Notes under the pieces: model-generated
Told to the model about the DNA's origin: nothing
Database searches by the model: none
The model's input: the letters and a program-made list of their open reading frames with translations, nothing else
Assembly: GCA_001275005.1 (NCBI GenBank)
Contig: JWZX01003355.1
Coordinates: 1 to 36,509, forward strand
From: Chrysochromulina tobinii
Taxonomy: Eukaryota
Reading direction: 5' to 3'
DNA: 36,509 bases
In this document: positions 24,001 through 35,603 of the stretch, piece by piece
Layout of the letters: every line of letters starts with the position of its first letter
How positions within the stretch are numbered: position 1 is the first letter of the stretch
Program-made: the position numbers and the translations under genes

Positions 24001-27000
24001 TTCCTCCGGTGGTCACACCCCCGGGCGGCCCGCCGTTCACAGTCACCTGGTCGATTCGCAGGCCGTAGTAGCGGAATCGGTACGTCGTGTCCACGTACTG
24101 CTGGGCGTTGAGCGTCACGAGCACGAACGCGGCCTCGGCCTCAGCGATCGCCGTCTGATCATTGCCATATTTGGGTATGGTTGCCATATTTGGGCGAGCG
24201 GCACACGTTCAGTGAGGATCAGAGGCACTCAGGGGCCATCAGAGGGCATCGGAGGCACTCAGAGGGCATATGAGGCCATCAGAGGGCATCGGAGGCCATC
24301 AGAGGGCATCAGAGGGCATCAGAGGGCATCAGAGGGCATCAGAGGGCATCGGAGGGCATCGGAGGGCAGCACGCACCTGATTGGGCGAGCGGCACGTCCA
24401 CCGCTCAGGTAGCAGCTCGATCGGCGGTGTGTCGGCGATGTTATTCGACGTGACGAAGCGGCAGCTCGCAAACTCGGTGTTGCCCCCGAGCCCGTGGAAG
24501 CCCTGCCCAAAGATGCTCATGATGTAATCAGAGGTAATCAGAGAGGTAATCAGAGGTAATCAGAGGACTCACCTGACCAAAGATGGTCATGATGTAATCA
24601 GAGGTAATCAGAGGTAATCAGAGGTAATCAGAGGACTCACCTGCCCAAAGATGGTCATGATGTAATCAGAGGTAATCAGAGAGGTAATCAGAGGTAATCA
24701 GAGGACTCACCTGCCCAAAGATGGTCACCACCGTGCCGCCCGAGAAGACGCCTGCCTGCGGCAGCACCGACTGCACCGAAGGCGGGTTGTAGTACGTGTA
24801 GTTCTGACCCGTCCAGCGCGGATCGCGCCCCGACTCGAGGGCGAAGCCGTTGAGGGCGAGCCAGAGCTGACGCGTATCGGTCAACTTCGTGGGTGGGCTC
24901 TCGCACACGGCGGCATGCCCGCCGCCGAGCGCCGTGGCGCGCGTGATCGTGTAGCGAGGGTTGTACGCGGCGTTCGTCGGCTCGCCGTACTGGCACGAGA
25001 GGTACGCGCCGCGATCGAGCGCGTCGAATCCAGTGCCGACGAGGGTGACGAGGGTACCGCCTGTCCGATGACCGCCCGAAGGGATGATGCGCGCTACGTA
25101 CGGGTTGTCATAGTATTGGAAGTTGAGGCCCGTCGCACCAAAGTCGATGGCGTTGAGCGAGAGGGTGAGGTTGACCGTCTCGGCAGCCCCGATGCGTGCT
25201 GGCGGCGCGAGGCACACGATGCGCCGATTCGAAAGCTCGAGGGGCTGCGACTCAGGCGGCGGCAGGCTGAGGGTCTGTGCCAGGCTCGCGGCCAGCATGT
25301 CCACGATCGGGGCCTGCCAACGGCAGCGCACGAGGCTCGACGAGAATGCAAGGAAGCCCGAGCCCACGATCGTGACTGCCGTGCCCCCTCCCTTGGGACC
25401 ACCCACGGGGGACAGCCGGACGAAATCCTCGTTGGATGAAACCCCGGCGCCACTCCCCTTGGGGCGGGGCTGCTGATAGTACTCGAACGTGAAGCCGGCG
25501 ATCGGCTCGAAGTCGGTCTGCGCGCCATTGAAGGAGAGGGCGATGCTCACGACGGCGGGCTGTGCCGCCGGCGGCGTCGTGCACACGATCATATGGCGCT
25601 CGAGGACCTCGGCTGCCACGAAGTTGACGAGCCCAAACCGACACAACGCGTTCCGCGGGTCGGTCGAGAAGACGTCAAACGGACCTCCTAGGATGGTGAC
25701 CGAGGTGCCTCCGCGCGTCGGACCGCCTGTCGGCTCGCTTGCCGTGTAGTTCGTCGGCTGCTCATAGTACAAGAAGGAGACGTTGAGCGCGTACAAGTCG
25801 ATCGCGTTGAGTGCGAGCGACATGTTGCGCCGAGCCGTCGTCGACTGGGGGAACGAGGCGACGACGATGCGATTGGGCGTGAGCACGCTCGGTGTCGTCA
25901 GGTTCGTCAATGACGTGTCGCCCCACCCGACGCGCACGTCACTCACGTTGATGGAGGCGTACGCTTTGAAGCCACTCCCGCCCAGAGTAACGACGGTGCC
26001 GCCGTCGACCCGCCCGCCCGTTGGGTGGATGGACGTCACCGTGAACGGCTGCACGAAGTACGTGAAGTTCAGCGCCGTGTCGGGCGTCACGGCCACATAG
26101 TCGCGGTCGTTGAGCGCGATCTCAAGGCCCACGACGGTGGCTTGCGTGAACGGCTGAGCGGCTGTCCTGCACCAGAGCTGCGTGTCGTCCAGGTACTGCG
26201 GGATGGTCACCTCCGTCCCATCCCATCGGCATCGCGCGTTCCCCGCCTGCGCGCCCCCCAGTCAACGGCCGCATGCAATTAGAGTGATCATCAGCGGTCA
26301 TCAGTGGTCATCAGTGGCCATCAGCGGCCATCCGAGCTCATCCGCGCTCATCAGCGCCACTCACCTGCGCGCCCCACCGGGCGAATGCCGCGAGGCCCTC
26401 GCCATGGATCGTGATCACCGAGCCGCCGAGGGTGGGGCCCGCCGTCACGGGGGTCAGATGCGTGAGGCGCGTCGGCTGCACGAAGTAGGCATACTCGAGG
26501 CCGTTGGTGTGGTAGTCTTGGCCGTTGAGGGCGATCTCCATGTCGGTCACCACCGGCGACGAACGCACCGGCGAGCGGCACACGACGCGCATGGGCGTGA
26601 GCACCGTCGGTGTCTGGAAGCTCACCAGAGGCGTCACGGCGTCCTCCGCCTCGGTCACATTGGTAGACAGGCAGGGGCGCAGCTCGACATTCGAAGTGCT
26701 CAGAGGCGCCGAGCCGTCGAGGTAGGGAGGTGCACTGCCCAGCCGACGCAGGCGCGTCTGCCCCGGACGGATGGAGATGCGCAGCCCCGAGCCTGATGAC
26801 GGGAGCCATCAGATAGGATCAGAGGCCATCAGAGGCCCTCCGAGGCCCTCCGAGGCCATCAGAGGCCATCAGAGGCCATCAGAGGCACTCAGAGGCCATC
26901 AGAGGCCATCAGAGGCCATCAGAGGCACTCGGAGGCACTCGGAGGCCATCAGAGGCCATCAGAGGCACTCGGAGGCACTCAGAGGTGACGAACCGCCTTG

Positions 27001-28495
27001 GAGTAGATTGGTAGGCGCGGCCTGCGAGTCGCCGCCCGACACGGCGCCTGGCGTGACGCGTGCGTTGATGGCCTTGAGGGTGAGGCGACGCGTGTCGAGC
27101 CACTCGCCCGTGTACGTATCAGCCAAGCGCACAGGCCCGCCTTGCCCCCTGCTCGAGAAGACGAAGAGTTCGTCCACCTGGCGCGAGAGCCGCAGGCGAG
27201 GGTATGAGGGCGATCGTGTGTGAATGAGGGCGATCGTGTGTGAATGAGGGCGATCGTGTGTGAATGAGGGCGATCGTGTGTGAATGAGGGCGATCGTGTG
27301 TGAATGAGGGCGATCGTGTGTGAATGAGGGCGATCGTGTGTGAATGAGGGCGATCGTGTGTGAATGAGGGCGATCGTGTGTGAATGAGGCCCATGCAGCT
27401 TCGATCCAAGGTCATTCGCGCCCCGCCCAGGCATGACTCCGAGCCACGCCTCGGAGCCATGTAACGTACCTGTGGGGAGTGAGGGCGTCGTGATGAGCAC
27501 TTGCATGCCGAGCCACGCCTCGGAGCCGTGTAACGTACCTGTGGGGAGTGAGGGCGTCGTGATGAGCACTTGCATGCCGAGCCACGCCTCGGAGCCGTGT
27601 AACGTACCTGTTCACCGGTGAGTTGGCGCGAGAAGCCGTTGAAGGCGGTGGCCGCGAGTTGGATGCCGTTCGTTGGTATATCGAAGATGACCGAGAGAGG
27701 CACCGCGCCTGTGAGTGCATCGGCTTCGCACCCGTCCGGCTGCGAGCCCACGCGGAACGCTACGATCGAAGGCTTGTCGGTGAACCGGCACCGGATCAGT
27801 GTGTCCGCGAGGTCGATGTGGGACTCGTTCAGGTAGCCTCCCGTGAAGCCGATGCCCTCGATCACGACCTCGGTACCGCCGGTGACGGGCCCGCCCGTGA
27901 TGGCGGCGTTGGTGAAGTTTGCGGGTGCCGGGTAGTAAATGTACGTGAACCCCGTGTCCATCAGGTTCGGCTCAATGAACGTCGTCCCTACTGTCGTCCC
28001 AGCGAGCGTTATGTAGCGCAGCGAAAACCACAGGCTGACTAGGCCCGACACGCGCGGGTACGACGGGCACTTGAGCATATCGACGCGGCTGATGCTGGCC
28101 GGGACGTCAAAGGTGGCGCGCAGCTCGGGCGTCACGGTCACCTCGGTAAGCAGCTGGGTCGCCTCCGTAAAGTATTCGGGCGGCACCTCGGGCAACGACG
28201 CCTCATCGTCGCTCCAGCCCGACCGGTCGGCCTGCTGTCGCGCAAGGATGGCCTGCTCCCAGTCCTGCGGATTGCCCCAGTGGCATTTCACGCGGTTGAG
28301 CACGCCGGTGCTGATCCGGCTGAACTCGCGGCCGACGATCGTCACGGTCGTGCCGCCCTGCACCGGCCCGCCGGTCGGGTGGGCCGAGTAGACGGGTGGC
28401 GCTTTCTCGTTATGGCTCGTGCTCCGGCTCCCAGGAGGGAGTATGAGCAGCAGCGGCAGCAGCAGCAGCGCTGTGGGAGCACGCCTGCGCGCCAT
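1..28495 (-). CDS. Giant secreted/cell-surface repeat protein with IPT/TIG domains and ~44 copies of an uncharacterised acidic ~130-150-aa module; 3'-partial (>8,800 aa)
   Basis: ATG at 28495 in CCACCATGG context, followed by signal-peptide-like MARRRAPTALLLLPLLLILPPGSRS. Inferred exons: 28495-27608, 27177-26994, 26792-26365, 26246-24711, 24502-24377, 24154-23906, 23829-23572, 23461-23208, 23116-19046, 18890-18200, 18113-17139, 17065-8162 (one extra base at 8749-8752), 8021-3522, 3352-<1. All joins are GT-AG and phase-consistent, and they stitch the long minus-strand ORFs (481, 514, 1320, 2784, 1523 aa and others) together. IPT signature P..GP..GGT.VT..G.GF...CR[FW]...C..P...LNG..F. Confidence 0.85.
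3353..3521 (-). other. Intron 13 of giant gene (5' exon copy plus type A acceptor cassette)
   Basis: Starts GTTCGTCGCGCCC; next exon starts GTTCGTCACGCCC; ends TTGCCTCCCTCATCAG; contains 10-bp and 24-bp tandem repeats. Confidence 0.8.
8022..8161 (-). other. Intron 12 of giant gene
   Basis: GTACGC...CTCCTCAG, phase 2, filled with degenerate CTGAT repeats; joins SGQ-YMTTP. Confidence 0.7.
17066..17138 (-). other. Intron 11 of giant gene (17-bp 5' exon copy plus type A cassette)
   Basis: GTGCGCCCGCGAGACGC occurs at the intron start and at the next exon start; ends TGATTGCCTCCCTCATCAG. Confidence 0.85.
18114..18199 (-). other. Intron 10 of giant gene (27-bp 5' exon copy, 3 mismatches)
   Basis: GTGCGCTCCGCGTCCGTTGGCGACCCA versus exon GTGCGCTCTGCGTCCATTCGCGACCCA; ends TGATTGCCTCCATCATCAG. 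Confidence 0.85.
18891..19045 (-). other. Intron 9 of giant gene (CTGAT minisatellite)
   Basis: GTACCTGATT...GATGACAG, phase 2, joins RNR-WDLL. Confidence 0.75.
23117..23207 (-). other. Intron 8 of giant gene (9-bp 5' exon copy plus type A cassette)
   Basis: GTACGACGA at both the intron start and the exon start; ends GAGTGCCTCCCTCATCAG. Confidence 0.8.
23462..23571 (-). other. Intron 7 of giant gene (3' end resembles upstream exon end)
   Basis: GTGAGT donor; ends GATGCCGCAG versus exon end GATGACGCAG. Confidence 0.8.
23830..23905 (-). mobile_element. Intron 6 of giant gene: introner-like unit (32-bp exon duplication plus type B cassette)
   Basis: GTGAGCAGGGAGCGGCTCCTCTGCGCCACGCC is identical to the next exon start, followed by TGCATGCAAGTGCTCACCACGGCGCCATCGCCATATCCCCACAG. 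Confidence 0.7.
24155..24376 (-). other. Intron 5 of giant gene
   Basis: GTGCGT...GATCAG; 10-bp CTCTGATGCC array; internal copy TGCCGCTCGCCCAA of the upstream exon end. Confidence 0.75.
24503..24710 (-). repeat. Intron 4 of giant gene: three tandem intron units (70/68/70 bp)
   Basis: Each unit is GTGAGTCC-(TCTGATTACC)n-...CATCTTTGG[G/T]CAG, ending in a copy of the upstream exon end; internal AG|GT at 24641/24640 and 24573/24572. Confidence 0.85.
26247..26364 (-). other. Intron 3 of giant gene (11-bp 3' exon copy)
   Basis: GTGAGT donor; ends GGGGCGCGCAG, the same as the upstream exon end. Confidence 0.8.
26793..26993 (-). other. Intron 2 of giant gene (10-bp minisatellite)
   Basis: GT donor at 26993 (an in-phase GC donor at 26996 is also possible); CTCTGATGGC array; ends CCCGTCATCAG. 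Confidence 0.7.
27178..27607 (-). other. Intron 1 of giant gene, containing two 69-bp type B units and a 20-bp minisatellite
   Basis: Splicing GEQ|VDELFVFS restores the repeat-module consensus; units at 27607-27539 and 27538-27470. Confidence 0.75.
27204..27389. repeat. 20-bp minisatellite (TGAATGAGGGCGATCGTGTG), about 9 copies
   Basis: Near-perfect tandem array with no spacers, inside intron 1. Confidence 0.95.
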
Positions 28496-28832
28496 GGTGG
28501 GGCCTCGGTGAGCGCTCCGCTTTGCTTGGAAAAGGCACAAATAAGCGTTGAAGTGGGCGGTCAAAGTTTGCAGAGTGCGGGGTGCTTTGGTAGCATGTGG
28601 TAGCCGGCGGCCCGGTGACTCGTACTGAATTCTTTGACACTACTGTACGATTTCCCTGAAGAAAGTAAGAGCCGAGCCGTGTGGAACAATTGAAATGTCC
28701 ACGTACTCGTGTACTGTTGTACATTGTGTCTTGGAACTTACCCCGGAATTTGCCGGTTGCAACACGGACACAGTTTCGTCAGAAGCGCCGCGTCAAGCAC
28801 ATCGAGGTCCTGTGCGACCTCCGAGAAAGCTC
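28496..28832. promoter_or_regulatory. Short head-to-head intergenic region, probable bidirectional promoter
   Basis: 337 bp, visibly more AT-rich than the flanking coding DNA, between two divergent ATGs (28495 minus, 28833 plus). No specific element identified. Confidence 0.45.
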
Positions 28833-31085
<2,253 letters not shown>

Positions 31086-31530
31086 GCACGCGTTGGAGCA
31101 CGAGGAGAGCGAGAGAGATTTGTAACCGACCAAGCTACCCTACCAATTGGCGGGACAGCCATACTCTCACGAGGAGAGCGAGCGCTCTACCGCTCCTTGA
31201 TTGCTTACCGCTGAAGACAACGACCTATCTAACGCCATCGCCGCAGCGTTCCAGAAAGAAGAAACAGCCGTGCGTGTATCTATAGATAACGAGTGGAGGT
31301 GCCGGGGCGCAGGGGGCGAGCGTTCTCATGCGATGCAGATAGAGTTGCAGATTCCGCTTGCCGATGCGTCGCGTGTTGGACGGGAAGTTCGATGCTACTG
31401 TATACAACAAAGCGTCACTTAATCTAAGACACACCCGGGTCCGGGGGCCGCGGCCGGGCCGGCCACGACGGTTGTCAGGCGCGGGGCGTCTCGAGACCGG
31501 GTTGCACTAGAGTGCTAGAGTGCTGACACG

Positions 31531-34500
31531 TCACCGAAAGCCTAACCCCAACCGCGTGCCTGGCAGCTGCGGGGACTCGTTCCTGGGCGGCGGCGAGTTC
31601 CGAGCGTTCTGCTGGTTGAGCTGGTCCCACGCGTTGACCGGGATCTCCTTGGCCGTGGCATAGCGAATGTGCATTGTGGTGGCGCCGAGCCCGACGGCGC
31701 GCGCCGCGCGCATCTCGACTGTCTGGACTTCGTGCCAGTTCGCCTTCCGCGCGGACGGGTGATGGACCTCCGGCTGCACGCGAGCGCTGTACTGACCGGG
31801 CCCCTTGACAGGGGTCCCATTGGGTAGGATGTAATGCGGCTCCGAGCGCGCGCTACTCGAGGGCGGCGGGTGCGGCGCCGCGTCTCGCAGCCCTACCGGT
31901 AGGCTCGACGCGAAGGCGCCGTCGCGAGCGCTCGCGCTGCCGCCGCCTTTGGCTGTACGCCGGTGACGCGGCGAGCTGCCCCCGAGGATGGCGGCCGCCG
32001 CGGCGCCATCGGAGGGCGCGTGGGGGGGCATGCCCGCAATCTCCGCCTCGGGAGATCCGCGTCCGGAGTGGCGGCTCGACGGGAGCGGCGGGAGCGCTGC
32101 ATCGGGCGCGCCGTGCGCCGCATAGGCTGCCGAGGGCGGATGGGCCGTCGCCGCCGGCGCCTGCTGCCGCTGCTGGTGCTGCTGGTGCTGCTGGTGCTGC
32201 TGGTGCTGCTGGTGCTGGTACTGGTGCTTCTGCCCGGGTGGCGAGGCCGATCGAGGGCGCACTAAGGCTGCCTTATATAGGAGGCCAGCGAGGGTGCCCT
32301 CGCGCTTCCCCTCGAGCTTCGCGGCCGCGTCAGAGCGCACCCCGGCCTGCGCTGCCAGGTGCACCCGCAGCAGGTGGAGCGAAGCGAGGGCGGACTGCAC
32401 CAAATGAGAGCGCTCAGCGGCGGCCGCCACTTGCGTGCCCTCGAGCTTCTCCGTCACGTGCTGTAAGTTCAGCTCGATGCGCTGAAAGTCCGCTTTGCGC
32501 GCCTTGAGCTCCTTGAGCATGTCTTGCCGTCGAGCCTCGAGGCGTGCCTCGTTCGCCCTCGCGCTCTTAAGAGAGTTCTCGGATTCCTGTGCCTTGCCGT
32601 GCGCCGAGCGCACCTCCGCCACCGAGGCCGCCACGACTGCCTTGTAACGGTCGAGGAGGATGCGTAACCGATCGGCGACGGGCGCATTCGGCGGCTCGAG
32701 CAGCGTATGGATGCTCATCAGCCAATCGGGCAGCGGCTCGCCGGAGCGGCCCGTGTAGTACCTGATGAGGGAGGCAATCAGAGGTCATCAGAGGTCATCA
32801 GCCAATCGGGCAGCGGCTCGCCGGAGCGGCCCGTGTAGTACCAGCTATCCGAATGAGGCACGATCGCGGCGCCTTTGCTCGCCGTCTCGCCGGCGCGTTG
32901 GCGCAGCTCGAGCAGCTCCTCAATCGCCTCGCGCACGACGCCGTGGACGTCGTCGAGGTGCTGTGTGGAGCGCACCGCCTTCGAAACGGCCTCACCGAGC
33001 TGCGCCCCGAGGCGCTCGGCAGCCGCGACCGCCTGCGCCGCCCTCTCTCGATACCGCCGCTCCTCCTTGAGCTCATCGTCGGCGTCGTCGAGCGTGTGGC
33101 ACAGCGCAATCTGCGCCACCTGACGTGCGGCGAGGTAGCCCTTGAGCTTGGCGACCTCGCTCGCATGCACCTCCTTGAGCATCGCGAGATCGGCGAGATG
33201 GCGCTGGCTCGAGCGCCGCCATCCGCCGCCGCATGCGCGTCCTCGATCGTGCGAAGGGTCGCGCGCGTCGCCTCGTGCGCCGCCGCCTCCTGTGCCGTCG
33301 CCGCTGCCGCCGCCGCCGCCGCCGCGTGAGCAGCCTCGAGCTCGAGCTGGAGCGTCGCGACCTGCGCCCCGTGCGCGCTGATCTGCGCGCTGACCTGCGC
33401 ATGTAGCGCTTCCAGCTCGGCCGTGTGGTCCACCGGTGGCGGCTTGGCGCGCTCCGCCTCGAGCTCGTCGCTCACCTGATGAGGGAGGCACTCGATCTAA
33501 TTAGGGATGCAATCAAAGGCAAACAAAGGCCATCAAATGGCCTCGAGCTCGTCGCTCACCTGGCGCAATCTCGCCTCGAGCTCCGAGATATGGAGCTCAA
33601 GCGCACGCTGGCCCGCCGCGCCCTGCTCGAGCGCTGTGCGCTGCTCCTCCACGAGCGCCTCGAGCTCGCGCAGCCGCGCCGCCGCCGCCTCGCGCCTCGC
33701 CACCTCTTCCGGATCCTCCTCCCGCACCTGTGGGGAGGAGAGGGCGCCGTGGTGAGTACATGCATGCTGGGAGAGGGAGACACGGATCCTCCTCCCGCAC
33801 CGTTTCCACAACGAGCGGCGCGTCGAGCGAGGGGTCCTCGGGCGGCTCGGGTGGTTCGACGACGCCCTCGAGCTCCTGTGAGCCGCGCAGCCGGCGCGCG
33901 AGCCGGCGCAACTCCCACCGCAGCTCCTTGGCCACCCGTTGCGTCGCCGCGTCCACGTCCGCGATCACCTGTGGGGAAGGGTGAGGCGCCATGGTGAGCA
34001 CTTGCATGGCACCAGCCGCAGTAGGGATCGTCCACGATCACCTCGGAGCGAAGAATCAAGTGCACTCAAGTGCAATCAAGTGCAATCAAGTGCAATCAAG
34101 TGCAATCAAGTGCAATCACCTCGGAGCGGAGCTGTCGCGTCGCCTCCTCCGCGGCGGCCGAACGCTCAGCGAGTGCGATCGCCTCGGCCTCCTTGGTGCC
34201 CAAGCGCGCGAGCGCCTCGTCGAGCTGGGCGCGCACCTGTGGGGAAGGCGAGGCGCCGTGGTGAGCACATGCATGCTGGCCGAGGCGCCGCGCGTCGAGC
34301 TGGGCGCGCACGGCGTCGGTCTCGGCACGCAGATTCGCGGCCGTCGCCATCGCCTCGAGCGCCTCGATCTCGTGCTGCGCCGCCAGCGCGGCAGACGCCT
34401 TCTCCGCCGCCGCCGCCGCGGACGCTGCCTTGGCGAGCTCGTCCTTGAGGACTTTCTCGCGCTGCTCGGCCTTGACGGCGCGCTCCTTCTGCAGCTCGAA

Positions 34501-35076
34501 CATGCTCTTGAGCACGGCCTCACGCTCCATCGCCTCCTGCAGCAGCTTCTCCTGCCCGTCGTTACTCTGGAGCTCGCTGATCTTCTCCTGCAGCTTCGTG
34601 TTGAACGCTGTCTCGAGCTCCACCCTCGCGTTCCTGACGTTCAGGTTGGACGCGATGCGTGTTTGCTCGAGCTTCATCTGGCTGTCAATCGTCGCCTGCT
34701 TCACCGCCTTTCGCAACTCCTCGGCGCTCATGTCGGCAAAGTCCTGAAGACGCTCGAGGACCTCCACCGATGCGCCCTTAAAGGACGACGACAGCGAGTA
34801 CTCGAACTCTTCGCGCACGCGCGGTTCGCTGCTCTGGGACGCCTCGCGCCACAAGCCGACGAGCGTCGCACCGCGCTCTTGCAGGCGGCTCTCGACAAAG
34901 GCGCTCAGCTCCTTGAGCCGCTGCTTCGAGCCACCCTCGCCGTCCTCTTTCTTCTTGGCCGCCGACTCCGCCTGCACGGCCGCTTGCCCGACGCGAAGCG
35001 CGGCGGCGAAGGGATCGGCGGCTTTGGCTGAGCTCGGCACGATCGTGCTCTTGGCCAGACCTTTGAGCCGATTCAT
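31531..35076 (-). CDS. Hypothetical coiled-coil protein with disordered Pro/Gln/His-rich C-terminus, ~1,026 aa
   Basis: Glu/Ala/Leu/Arg-rich helical ORF pieces joined by GT-AG introns. Exons 35076-34312, 34236-34120, 33968-33801, 33727-33560, 33475-32842 (frameshift near 33206-33224), 32761-31531. No recognisable catalytic motif. Confidence 0.75.
32161..32228 (-). repeat. CAG/CAC repeat encoding a poly-Gln/His tract
   Basis: QHQQHQQHQQHQQRQQ in the coiled-coil protein. Confidence 0.9.
32762..32841 (-). mobile_element. Coiled-coil gene intron 5: 47-bp perfect exon duplication plus 33-bp type A cassette
   Basis: GTACTACACGGGCCGCTCCGGCGAGCCGCTGCCCGATTGGCTGATGA is repeated as the next exon start; the remainder is CCTCTGATGACCTCTGATTGCCTCCCTCATCAG. 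Confidence 0.7.
33476..33559 (-). other. Coiled-coil gene intron 4 (20-bp 5' exon copy plus type A cassette)
   Basis: GTGAGCGACGAGCTCGAGGC duplicated; ends GAGTGCCTCCCTCATCAG. Confidence 0.85.
33728..33800 (-). other. Coiled-coil gene intron 3 (18-bp 5' exon copy plus type B cassette)
   Basis: GTGCGGGAGGAGGATCCG duplicated; ends GCATGCATGTACTCACCACGGCGCCCTCTCCTCCCCACAG. Confidence 0.85.
33969..34119 (-). other. Coiled-coil gene intron 2: composite of a minisatellite unit (34119-34042) and a type B unit (34041-33969)
   Basis: The first unit, (GCACTTGATT)n, ends CGCTCCGAG like the upstream exon end. The second starts GTGATCGTGGACG, close to the downstream exon start GTGATCGCGGACG. Confidence 0.8.
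34237..34311 (-). other. Coiled-coil gene intron 1 (19-bp 5' exon copy plus type B cassette; 75 bp, in frame)
   Basis: GTGCGCGCCCAGCTCGACG duplicated; ends GCATGCATGTGCTCACCACGGCGCCTCGCCTTCCCCACAG. Confidence 0.8.
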
Positions 35077-35309
35077 GGCGACAGCCTAGTTATGTCTGGA
35101 GAGAGATTGGCCCGTGGCATTCTCAACAAACTCGGGCAAGTCCGCAAGTCGGAACAACCATCCGTGCCCAACGCGACGCGATCGGTCCAAGCGCGCATCG
35201 AAGTGTATGTGTAAAGGACTGGCTTTGTTCGTGGACTTCTCGAGATTGCACCATGGCTTGCACCATGGCTTGCACAATCATTTTCTACAGCATTACGGTT
35301 TGTCGTTTC

Positions 35310-35603
35310 CTGCGTTTACGCGGTCGGGGGTGCGTATGCGCAGAAACTTGTGTATACGCGAGGGGGTACGTATACGCACCCGCTGTGTATACGTACTACC
35401 GCTCGCGTAAACGCACCTAGCCGCGTATACGCACCCGGGTGCGTGTACGCACCCGCTGCGTAAATGCACCCAGCGCTCGCGTATACACACCCACCCGCGT
35501 AAAACGCACCCACACCCGCGTACAAGCACGTGTGCGTAAACGCGGCGTCGGATGCGTATACGCACCTACCTGCGTATACGCACCCGACGCTGCGTTTACG
35601 CGG
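35310..35603. repeat. Palindrome-rich repeat tract (GCGTATACGCACCC units), possibly MITE-like
   Basis: Many GCGTATACGC/GCGTAAACGC units in both orientations; CTGCGTTTACGCGG direct repeat at both ends; imperfect ~20-bp inverted termini just inside it. Confidence 0.55.

Noticed and set aside
238..26796. Many long plus-strand ORFs (e.g. 238-1551, 12926-14206, 19921-22140) and Arg/Ala/Pro-rich alternative-frame ORFs
   Set aside because: Antisense or off-frame shadows of the GC-rich giant gene; low complexity, no motifs.
27204..27607. Tandem repeats as a CRISPR array
   Set aside because: No unique spacers, no cas genes, eukaryotic intronic context.
3476..28564. Treating the 1523, 2784, 1320, 514-aa etc. 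ORFs as separate genes
   Set aside because: Their ends run into minisatellite intron sequence, they join in phase through GT-AG introns, and only the first has a signal peptide.
31086..31530. Small ORFs and a short duplicated CACGAGGAGAGCGAG between the convergent genes
   Set aside because: No coding signal or recognisable RNA structure; probably 3' UTR sequence.
33200..33230. Frameshift in the coiled-coil gene as biological
   Set aside because: Removing one base from each of two dinucleotide runs (33206-33207, 33223-33224) gives a smooth HAAAMAALEQRHL; consistent with the same error type.
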